Source of the DNA: Frankiaceae bacterium
Lineage (GTDB): Bacteria > Actinomycetota > Actinomycetes > Frankiales > Frankiaceae
Assembly: GCA_036267695.1 (NCBI GenBank)
Contig: DATAVO010000047.1
Coordinates: forward strand, 4,364-68,363
Length of the DNA: 64,000 bases
Reading direction: 5' to 3'
The translations under genes and the position numbers were made by a program. Below the pieces are notes generated by a model that ran no database searches, was not told where the DNA came from, and worked only from the letters and a program-made list of their open reading frames with translations. Below are positions 32,829-40,650 of this stretch, piece by piece (positions within the stretch are counted from its first letter, which is position 1; each line of letters begins with the position of its first letter).

Positions 32829-33857
32829 GTGGTGGTTGATCCGTTGCCCGTGGTGGGCCGGACCTGGCCCCGCGGCGCGCCCGAGTCGCACGCTGACGTG
32901 GAGACGGTCGGCGCGGTCGGTGAGCGGATGCTCGAGGCGATCGAAACGGTCATCGATGGCAAAGCCGCGGTCATCCGGACCGCCCTCGTCGTGCTCTTCG
33001 CGGAGGGTCATCTGCTGATCGAAGACGTCCCGGGTGTCGGGAAGACCATGCTGGCGAAGGCCCTGGCGGCCTCCATGTCGGGCACCGTCCGGCGCATCCA
33101 GTTCACACCCGACCTGCTGCCGAGCGATGTCACCGGCGTCAGCGTCTACGAGCCCGAGCGCCACGTCTTCGAATTCCGCCCCGGAGCGGTGTTCGCGAAT
33201 GTCGTGATCGGCGATGAGATCAACCGGGCGAGCCCGAAGACCCAGTCGGCGCTGCTGGAGTGCATGGAAGAGCGCCAGGTCACCGTCGACGGCGTGACGT
33301 ACTCGATGGAGCCGCCGTTCTTCGTCGTGGCCACGCAGAACCCGGTGGAGATGGAAGGCACCTACCCACTGCCGGAAGCCCAGCGCGACCGGTTCACCGC
33401 GCAGGTCGCGATGGGCTACCCGTCCGGCGACGCCGAGCTGGCGATGCTCAACAGCCACGCCGGCGGCGAACCGCTGGAAGACCTGGAGCCGGTGACGACG
33501 GCTGCCGAGGTGTCCGCGCTCTCGGCCGTCGTGCGGCAGGTGCACGTCGCCGACGACGTTCGCCGGTACGTCGTTGATCTGGTGACCGCTTCGCGGCGCC
33601 ATCCAGAACTACGCCTCGGCGCTTCCCCGCGCGCCGGTCTGCAACTTCTGCGCACTGCCCGCGCCGCCGCAGCACTCGAGGGACGCGCGTACGTGCTGCC
33701 CGATGACGTCCAGGCACTCGCAGGTGCCGTCCTTTCCCACCGGCTGCTGCTGAGCCCGGAGGCCGCGGCCAACCGGCGGCAGCCCTACGACATCGTCAAC
33801 GAGCTCGTGGCTCGCGTTCCGCTGCCGGGTCCCGGCGCGCTACGGCGGGGTCGCTGA
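32829..33857 (+). CDS. moxR: MoxR-family AAA+ ATPase
   Basis: Walker A is DVPGVGKT and Walker B is VVIGDEINRASPKTQSALLECMEERQVT. GGAGG lies 5 nt before the GTG start. Confidence 0.88.
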   Translation: MVVDPLPVVGRTWPRGAPESHADVETVGAVGERMLEAIETVIDGKAAVIRTALVVLFAEGHLLIEDVPGVGKTMLAKALAASMSGTVRRIQFTPDLLPSDVTGVSVYEPERHVFEFRPGAVFANVVIGDEINRASPKTQSALLECMEERQVTVDGVTYSMEPPFFVVATQNPVEMEGTYPLPEAQRDRFTAQVAMGYPSGDAELAMLNSHAGGEPLEDLEPVTTAAEVSALSAVVRQVHVADDVRRYVVDLVTASRRHPELRLGASPRAGLQLLRTARAAAALEGRAYVLPDDVQALAGAVLSHRLLLSPEAAANRRQPYDIVNELVARVPLPGPGALRRGR

Positions 33858-33859
33858 CC

Positions 33860-35254
33860 GTGGCGGGAGGGCCCGTCGGGGCACGGCCGCCGGCTTCGGC
33901 CCCGGCCGCTGACCAGGTGGCGGCCCACAACGCCCCCCACGGCAACGGCCCGCACCGTCGGCACGGCCATGTCCGGCTCGCCCTCGCCGGGCTCACCTCG
34001 CGAGGACGGACCTTCGTCGTGGCCGGAGTTGCCTGCCTGGCCGGCGGCGTGGTGCTCGATCAGCGAGACCTGGTACGCGTGGGAATCCTGGTGCTCGCGC
34101 TCCCGATCACTGCCGCCGTCTACCTCACCCGGGCGCGCTACCGGATCGCCGCACATCGCCATCTGGACCGCACCCGGACCCCGGTCGGCAGCGTGGTCCG
34201 GGTCGAGCTGGAGGTACGCAACGCGTCGCGAATGACGACCCCTCTCCTGCTGGCACAGGACGCGCTACCTCCCGAGCTCGGCGCCGCCGAGGGAGAGGGG
34301 GCGCGCTTCGTGCTGCCCCGCATTCCCGCGGCGGGTCACACCACCGTGAGCTACGGGGTCCGCCCCGTCCGCCGCGGCCGCTACACAATCGGCCCGCTGT
34401 CGGTGCGCCTGGCCGACCCGTTCGGCTTCTGCGAGATCCTGCGCACGTTCGCCGTCACAGCAAAGGTCAGCGTGTTGCCGGCCATCACGCCGCTGCGGAT
34501 CGGCCGGCTGGGTGGCCAATGGAGCCTCGGCGGCGAGAGCCGCCAGCGCGGCATCACCACGGGCGGCGAGCAGGACGTCACGACGCGTCCGTACCGACCC
34601 GGCGATGATCGTCGCCGCGTGCATTGGCGTACCACCGCTCGCACCGGCGAGTTGAGCGTGCGACGCGAAGAGCAGCCGTGGCAGAGCCGGGCCACGGTGC
34701 TGCTCGACACCCGCGTCGCCGCGCACAACCGGGGCAGCCGCTCGGAGTCGTTCGAGTTCGCGGTGTCAGCCGCCGCGTCCGTCGGCGCAGCGATGATCCG
34801 GGGCGGCTACGGGGTGCGCCTCGTCGACGATCTGGCCGGCGTCCTCGCCGAATCCCACAGCCAGGCCCTCGAAGCCGGGTTCGGGGTCATGGACGCTCTG
34901 GCCGACGTCGGACGCCGCGACAACGCGACCCTGCTGCCGCTGGCCACGCGACTCGGTGGTGACGCGGGCGACCCCGATTCGGTCATTGCCGTGCTGGGCG
35001 CGGTGAGCGCAGGCGACGTCGGGGCGCTGGTCCGCGCGGCGAGCCGGAGCTCGCGGTGCATGTGCTTGCTCGTCGATGCGCCCGCTTGGGAGCGCCGAGA
35101 GGCAACGCCGTCGCCCGTCGCGCTCGCGGCGCGAGATCTGCTGCATCGAGCAGGGTGGTCGGCGGTCATCGCGGGCCCGTCGAGCAACCTGGAGATGCTG
35201 TGGCAGGAGCTGCACAGCGTCGACCGGCTGCAATCACGGCGGTGGGTCGGATGA
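33860..35254 (+). CDS. DUF58-domain protein (MoxR partner)
   Basis: 464 aa. Contains RPYRPGDDRRRVHWRTTARTGELSVRREEQ, typical of DUF58. It starts 2 nt after the moxR stop. Confidence 0.8.
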   Translation: MAGGPVGARPPASAPAADQVAAHNAPHGNGPHRRHGHVRLALAGLTSRGRTFVVAGVACLAGGVVLDQRDLVRVGILVLALPITAAVYLTRARYRIAAHRHLDRTRTPVGSVVRVELEVRNASRMTTPLLLAQDALPPELGAAEGEGARFVLPRIPAAGHTTVSYGVRPVRRGRYTIGPLSVRLADPFGFCEILRTFAVTAKVSVLPAITPLRIGRLGGQWSLGGESRQRGITTGGEQDVTTRPYRPGDDRRRVHWRTTARTGELSVRREEQPWQSRATVLLDTRVAAHNRGSRSESFEFAVSAAASVGAAMIRGGYGVRLVDDLAGVLAESHSQALEAGFGVMDALADVGRRDNATLLPLATRLGGDAGDPDSVIAVLGAVSAGDVGALVRAASRSSRCMCLLVDAPAWERREATPSPVALAARDLLHRAGWSAVIAGPSSNLEMLWQELHSVDRLQSRRWVG

Positions 35255-37665
35255 GCGGCACCGGAATCGGGCTGCGCGAGCCACCGCGGCCGAGCCCGCG
35301 CGCGCCGGCAGCGCCGCGCTGGTCGCCGCCCCCCGCGCCGGCCCAACCCCGACCCGATCTGCAGATCCCGATCCCCGTCCTGGCCGGTCTCGCGACCTTC
35401 TGCACGGCGCTGTGCCTGGGCAACCTCTTCGACGGCCTGCGCTGGTGGCTGGCACCGGTCACGGGCGCCATCATCGTCGCCGGGCTGGCCGGAGAACTGA
35501 CCCGACGCGTCCGCGCCCTCGTGGTCGTCATGCCGCTCGTCTATCTCGTGGCGGGCTGGCTCTACGTCATCCCGGTGGCGACTCACGGTTCGCCGTTCAG
35601 CTCCAAGATCAGCCTGGCCCCATGGGGCGCCACGTGGAGCGCGCTGCATTCGCTCGCCAGTTCTGGTTCCATCGACATCCGGGCGCTGAGCGTTCCGGTC
35701 CCCCAGCGTCCGGGATTCCTCTTCCTCACCGTCGCCGGTGTCTACCTGATCGCCGCTCTGGTCGACGCGATCGCCGTGGCCCTGCAACGCCCGGCCGCCG
35801 CGGGCCTGCCGCTTCTCGCGTTGCTCGCCGTCCCGGCAGCGGTCGTCGACCGGGGCGTCGGACTGCTGGCTTTCCTTGCCGCCTGCGCCTCCTACATCGC
35901 GCTGCTGCTCGCGTCCGGCCGAAGAAGGCTGATGAGCTGGGCCAAGCTGCCACCTGGCTCAGCGGCGGGTATCCGTCGTGTGACGGGATCCAACGGGCGC
36001 CGCATCGGCGCGGTGGCGGTGGTGACCGCGCTGTTCGTGGCTCTGCTCATCCCGCGCTACGGCGGCATCGCCCGCCAGCACCGCGGCGGCGACGGCTCGG
36101 GTTCGGCGACCGTCATCGAACCGGTCGTCACGCTCCAGCAGCAGTTGCACAGCAACGTCAACCAACCGCTGCTCACGGTGCATACCGCGACGCCGGAGTA
36201 CCTGCGCCTGACGGCGCTGGAGCACTTCGACGGCGTGACGTTCAGCCTCGGTTCGTTGACCGCCGGCGCCAACGCCAAGGTGTCGCGTGGGCTGCCGGCC
36301 GTGGCGCCCGGGCCGACCCAGCGCATACAAGCGACCGTAAACGTGCAGCCGGCGCTGCACCAGCGCTACCTCCCGGTGCCCTACCAGCCGACCAAGGTCG
36401 ACGTCCGGGGCGACTGGCGGCTGGCCAGCCGCAACTTCACGATCTTCTCGGCGCAGACCGACACCTCGAGCAAGCAATACACGGTGACCTCCCAGGTGGC
36501 CGATCCGACCCCGGAGTCGTTGCGCGCGGAGTCGGCGGGCGGATCGGTGCCCTCCGATGTGGCCCCGAGCCAGGAACTGCCGGCGGATCTGCCGGTAAAG
36601 GTGAACCAGCTCGCCGACCACCTGACGTCGGGTCTGCTGACGGAGTACGACCGGGCCGCGGCGATTCAGGCGTACCTGCGCAGCCCGCCGTTCCACTACG
36701 ACCTGAACGGCGCGCCGACTGGCTCGGACGCGCTGTCAGAGTTCCTGTTCGACTCCCACCGTGGTTACTGCGAGCAGTTCGCCGGCGCCATGGTCGTGCT
36801 GGCCCGGATCGCGGGAATCCCGGCGCGGGTGGCCGTGGGCTTCACACCGGGCACGCAACAGGCTGACGGCAGCTGGGTGATCACCAACCATGACGCCCAC
36901 TCCTGGCCCGAGCTGTGGTTCCCGCAGGCGGGGTGGGTGCGATTCGAACCCACTCCTCGCGACGCGAGCACGAAGCCGCCGGGCTACACCGTGCCGCAGC
37001 CCGGCAGCGCGCCGACGGCGACCCCGACCCCGAGCACATCGGCGAGCCAGTCCGCCAGCCCGACCCCCGGCGTCCTGAACCCCGACCACGGCACGCAGAG
37101 CCTGGCCCCGGTGGCGGGTAGCAGTGGGAGCGGCAAGGGCGGGTCTGGCGTCGTCATCGATTGGCTCATCGGCATCGCCGCGGCGATGGTGCTGCTGCTG
37201 ACACCGGCCCTCCTCCGCCGGCAGCGGCGCCGGCGCCGCCTGCACGCCCCCACGAGCGGGCCCGCCGAGCTGTGGGCTGAGATCCTGGACACCGCAGTCG
37301 ATCTCGGACTGCCTGCCGCGCCAAACCTTTCGCCCCGCCGCCTGGTCCAGTTCTGGTCACGCCTGCCAACGGGTGAGCGCACCATGCCCGACATCAGCCG
37401 GGCCACGATCATGGACATCGCCTACGCCCAGGAGCTCGACCGCTACGCGGGCGGAGCAACACTGCGACGCGACGCGGCGGCGAACCTCGCCGAAGCCCTG
37501 CAGTCCTTGGAACGCTCGTGTCCCGCCCAGGCACGCTGGCGGGCCAAGCTCGCACCGCAGTCGGTGCTGGCGGGCATCGTCCGGTGGCGCAGCCGGCTCA
37601 CCAGGCCGACCTGGCTGCCGCGGATCCCGAAGATCCGCCGTACGGCAGGCAGCGAGCAGGTCTGA
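35251..37665 (+). CDS. transglutaminase-domain polytopic membrane protein (TgpA-like)
   Basis: The ATG at 35251 overlaps the DUF58 stop (ATGA). There are multiple N-terminal TM segments. The transglutaminase core reads GYCEQFAGAMVVLARIAGIPARV...HDAHSWPELWF...VRFEPTP. Confidence 0.85.
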   Translation: MSGTGIGLREPPRPSPRAPAAPRWSPPPAPAQPRPDLQIPIPVLAGLATFCTALCLGNLFDGLRWWLAPVTGAIIVAGLAGELTRRVRALVVVMPLVYLVAGWLYVIPVATHGSPFSSKISLAPWGATWSALHSLASSGSIDIRALSVPVPQRPGFLFLTVAGVYLIAALVDAIAVALQRPAAAGLPLLALLAVPAAVVDRGVGLLAFLAACASYIALLLASGRRRLMSWAKLPPGSAAGIRRVTGSNGRRIGAVAVVTALFVALLIPRYGGIARQHRGGDGSGSATVIEPVVTLQQQLHSNVNQPLLTVHTATPEYLRLTALEHFDGVTFSLGSLTAGANAKVSRGLPAVAPGPTQRIQATVNVQPALHQRYLPVPYQPTKVDVRGDWRLASRNFTIFSAQTDTSSKQYTVTSQVADPTPESLRAESAGGSVPSDVAPSQELPADLPVKVNQLADHLTSGLLTEYDRAAAIQAYLRSPPFHYDLNGAPTGSDALSEFLFDSHRGYCEQFAGAMVVLARIAGIPARVAVGFTPGTQQADGSWVITNHDAHSWPELWFPQAGWVRFEPTPRDASTKPPGYTVPQPGSAPTATPTPSTSASQSASPTPGVLNPDHGTQSLAPVAGSSGSGKGGSGVVIDWLIGIAAAMVLLLTPALLRRQRRRRRLHAPTSGPAELWAEILDTAVDLGLPAAPNLSPRRLVQFWSRLPTGERTMPDISRATIMDIAYAQELDRYAGGATLRRDAAANLAEALQSLERSCPAQARWRAKLAPQSVLAGIVRWRSRLTRPTWLPRIPKIRRTAGSEQV

Positions 37666-37768
37666 GGCCGGGCGGCCCTTGCAGCTGGGGCCGCCGCCCT
37701 GCTACGGGCACTCAGGGGACGCGCCCGCCTCATTCTGAACGCGATTGCTTACGCGCTGCCGACCCGCT

Positions 37769-37856
37769 CGCCGGTTCAGCAGTTCGCCGGTTCGGCACTT
37801 CGCCGGTTCAGCAGTTCAGCAGTTCGCCGGTTCAGCAGTTCGCCGGTTCAGCAGTG
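37769..37856. repeat. about 5.5 tandem copies of a 16-nt unit CGCCGGTTCAGCAGTT in a convergent intergenic spacer
   Basis: Copies lie at 37769, 37785 (2 mismatches), 37801 (plus an extra 8-nt half unit at 37817..37824), 37825 and 37841 (1 mismatch). The unit length is not a multiple of 3. Confidence 0.85.
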
Positions 37857-37863
37857 CAGCGAG

Positions 37864-38268
37864 TCAGCGGTCGCGGTCTTCCCAGCGACGCTGCCAACGC
37901 TCCTGCGCCCGCTCGGAGACCGACCGGCGCGACCGCGGGGACCGCGAACGGCCGGAGCGCGCGTCAGGATCCGGACGACCGCCCAGGCGGCGCAGATCTC
38001 CCGAGCCGCGTAGCGCGGCGAGAAGCATGACAATGAATCCGACGAGTCCCAGCACGATGCTGACGGCACCAGCGCTTGAACTGATCACCACTGCGGCAAC
38101 GAGCACACCAAGGCCGACGATGAACAAGGCGGCGGAGCGCCAGAGGCGCCGAAGAGCGTAGGTGCGCGGGTTTATCGAACGAACAGTGCTGACCAACTTG
38201 GGGTCATCGGCGTAGAGCTCGCGCTCGATCTGCTCGAGCAGACGCTGCTCATGCTCTGAGAGCGGCAT
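37864..38268 (-). CDS. DUF3040-family membrane protein
   Basis: The ATG at 38268 gives MPLSEHEQRLLEQIERELYADDPKL, and GGGAGGAG lies upstream. Two TM segments and a basic tail follow. Confidence 0.8.
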   Translation of the reverse strand: MPLSEHEQRLLEQIERELYADDPKLVSTVRSINPRTYALRRLWRSAALFIVGLGVLVAAVVISSSAGAVSIVLGLVGFIVMLLAALRGSGDLRRLGGRPDPDARSGRSRSPRSRRSVSERAQERWQRRWEDRDR

Positions 38269-38495
38269 CCGCGCTCCTCCCACACCAACGTTTTCAGACC
38301 CCGAGAGGGGGTCTTCTTAGAATAGAACTTCGGCAGCTCAGACGATAGTCGCAAGCTTTGGCACTGCACCAACTTTCAGCAACGTCGGCAACTGACCTTA
38401 CGCACCCCCGTCCTTCGACCATCGCCGCAGGTTGCTCACTATTGCTAGCGGTTTTCCGGCCATCCTGCAGGACGATGATGGCCGCCTCAGCTGAG

Positions 38496-39716
38496 CTATG
38501 GCGGAGAGCGTCCCGGAGGCTCGAGCAACGACGCCGGACGCACCGATCCTGACCCGAACCGCGCGGAGGCCTGATCGACCGCGCGATCAGCCTCTCGCCA
38601 TCCCAGCTCGCGCTCCCCCAGCATCTGCTGGCGAGTGACCTTTGCCGAGGTGATGAGGCTTTCGGCGCGGACACCGACCAGCCGCAGGCGGGCGCGCTGC
38701 AGGCCCAGCTTGAGGAACAGTTCGCGGGCAACCTCGTAGATCTCCCGACCGGTGTCGGTGGCCTGCGGGAGGGTGCGCGAGCGCGTGATGGTGGTGAAGT
38801 CGGCGAATCGGACCTTCAGCGTCAGGGTGCGGGCCGCGTACTCCTGCTCGCGCAACCGGGCCGCCGTGCGCTCGGCCAGCCTCAGCACCTCGCGTAGGAC
38901 AACCTCGGGATCATCGACGTCACGCGCAAAAGTCTCTTCAGAACCGACGCTTTTGTCCGGTTCGGTCGCAATGACCCGGCGCTCGTCACGTCCCCACGCG
39001 AGCGCGGCCAGATGGGTACCGGTACCCGTGCCGAGCGCCCGCTGGAGGGTCTCGACGGGTATCTGGGCGATGTCGCCGACCGTGCGCAGCCCGAGCTGAT
39101 GCAGCGCCTCCGCCGTACGCTCCCCCACTCCCCACAGCGCTTCGACGGGCAGCGGATGCAGGAACGCGACGACCCCGTCAGCCGGGACGATGAGCAAACC
39201 GTCAGGTTTCCCGCGCGCTGAGGCCAGCTTGGCCACGAACTTGCTGGGAGCGACGCCCACCGTGCAGGTGAGCTGCTGCTCGTCCCAGATCCGCGCGCGG
39301 ATCCACTCGGCGATCTGGGCGGGACGCCCGAGCCGGCGCAAGCAGCCGCGCACGTCGAGGAACGCCTCATCGAGCGAGAGCGGCTCCACGAGCGGGGTGA
39401 CCGAACGAAAGATCTCCATGATTCCGGCGGACGCTTCGCTGTAGCGGCCGAATTTTGGAGAAATGACCACCGCCTGCGGGCAGAGCCGACGGGCCCGCAT
39501 CATCGGCATGGCGCTGCGCACGCCGTACTCGCGCGCCTCATACGTCGCGGAGAGCACTACCCCGCGGCTGCCACCGCCGCCCACGATGACCGGTTGGCCG
39601 TGCAACTCTGGCCGCGATCGCAGCTCGACGGATGCATAGAACGCATCCATGTCGACGTGCAGGATCGGGCACTGCTCGTCGGCGGGGCGGACCGGCTCGT
39701 CAGAAAAGCGGCTCAC
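38496..39716 (-). CDS. dinB: DNA polymerase IV (Y-family, catalytic residues intact)
   Basis: 406 aa. Contains ILHVDMDAFYASVE and SATYEAREYGVRSAMP, plus little-finger region features. Confidence 0.9.
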   Translation of the reverse strand: MSRFSDEPVRPADEQCPILHVDMDAFYASVELRSRPELHGQPVIVGGGGSRGVVLSATYEAREYGVRSAMPMMRARRLCPQAVVISPKFGRYSEASAGIMEIFRSVTPLVEPLSLDEAFLDVRGCLRRLGRPAQIAEWIRARIWDEQQLTCTVGVAPSKFVAKLASARGKPDGLLIVPADGVVAFLHPLPVEALWGVGERTAEALHQLGLRTVGDIAQIPVETLQRALGTGTGTHLAALAWGRDERRVIATEPDKSVGSEETFARDVDDPEVVLREVLRLAERTAARLREQEYAARTLTLKVRFADFTTITRSRTLPQATDTGREIYEVARELFLKLGLQRARLRLVGVRAESLITSAKVTRQQMLGERELGWREADRAVDQASARFGSGSVRPASLLEPPGRSPP

Positions 39717-39728
39717 GGCGCCGGCCGA

Positions 39729-40517
39729 TCAGCGATCTGCCTCTGGCCCCTGACCGGCGCGTGCCAGCAAGTGAAGCCGGGTGGCCATCGCGTGGTAGGC
39801 CGGCAGCCGCGAGACTTTCTCTTCCAGCCGCGCCAGGACCTCGCGGCCATGAGGCTCGGTATCGAGGACGGCACCGGGCACCAGATCCGAGAACACCCGA
39901 TCGCCGTGGACTTCGAGCACCGACATGCCTGCCGCTTCGACGAACGCCACGAGCTCACCCAGATCGAAGCGCCGGATCGAGCGGTCGGTGGTGCCGGTCT
40001 TCCCGCCGTCAAGCACGACCTCAGCGGCGTCGAGGCGCCCGGCGAGGACTCGCCCCAGCACCGCTGCCGACCGATTGGCGGCCAGCAAGCTGAGCAGACC
40101 GCCCGGACGAAGCACCGCTGCCACTGCCGCCAGGCCGAGCCGGGGATCATCGGCGATCTCGAGAACGTCGTGGCACAGCAGGAGATCGGCCTGCTCCGCT
40201 CCAACGGCTTCGGCCAACGTGTCGAGATCGCCCTGACGCCCGCTGACCCGATCACCCACGCCGGCCTCGGTGGCCCGGCGCTCCAGCGACGCCAGCGAAT
40301 CAGGACTCGGGTCCACCACGATGACCCGATGACCCAGCTCGGCGAGCGGGACCGCAAAACCGCCGCTGCCGCCACCGGCATCGACGACCGCCAGCTCCCG
40401 GCCACGTCGCTCGGACAGCTCGGAGAGCGCCCGGCGCAGGTCTTCCCAGACGACGCTGCTGCGCGCCGCCGGCCAGGAGCCGGACTGGGTCGACTGGCTG
40501 AGAGGCACGAGGGGCAC
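39729..40517 (-). CDS. class I SAM-dependent methyltransferase
   Basis: The SAM motif is VVDAGGGSGGFAVPLAELGHRVIVVDPS. I chose the start at GTG 40517, with GGAAAGGA upstream. The ORF-track start at 40709 overlaps the dnaE2 3' end and encodes Arg/Ser-rich sequence. Confidence 0.7.
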   Translation of the reverse strand: MPLVPLSQSTQSGSWPAARSSVVWEDLRRALSELSERRGRELAVVDAGGGSGGFAVPLAELGHRVIVVDPSPDSLASLERRATEAGVGDRVSGRQGDLDTLAEAVGAEQADLLLCHDVLEIADDPRLGLAAVAAVLRPGGLLSLLAANRSAAVLGRVLAGRLDAAEVVLDGGKTGTTDRSIRRFDLGELVAFVEAAGMSVLEVHGDRVFSDLVPGAVLDTEPHGREVLARLEEKVSRLPAYHAMATRLHLLARAGQGPEADR

Positions 40518-40650
40518 GCGGTCCTTTCCGGATGCCGAAGGACGCTCCCGGCACCTGACCGGAAGGGTAATCGTCCCGCGGGCCGACGGCTGCAGGGATT
40601 TCCGGGACCTCCAGGACTGCCAGCACTCACCCGACTTCCAGGACTGCTGC

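Noticed and set aside
37769-37856. Tandem repeats at 37769..37856 and 46092..46217, considered as possible CRISPR arrays
   Set aside because: The units are directly contiguous with no unique spacers and are only 16-18 nt long. One lies inside a coding sequence, and no cas genes are present.
38296-38314. 7-bp hairpin AGACCCC-gagag-GGGGTCT upstream of the DUF3040 gene, considered as a dinB terminator
   Set aside because: On the transcribed (minus) strand it is followed by GAAAA rather than a U-tract, and it lies about 180 nt beyond the dinB stop. Its function cannot be supported from sequence alone.
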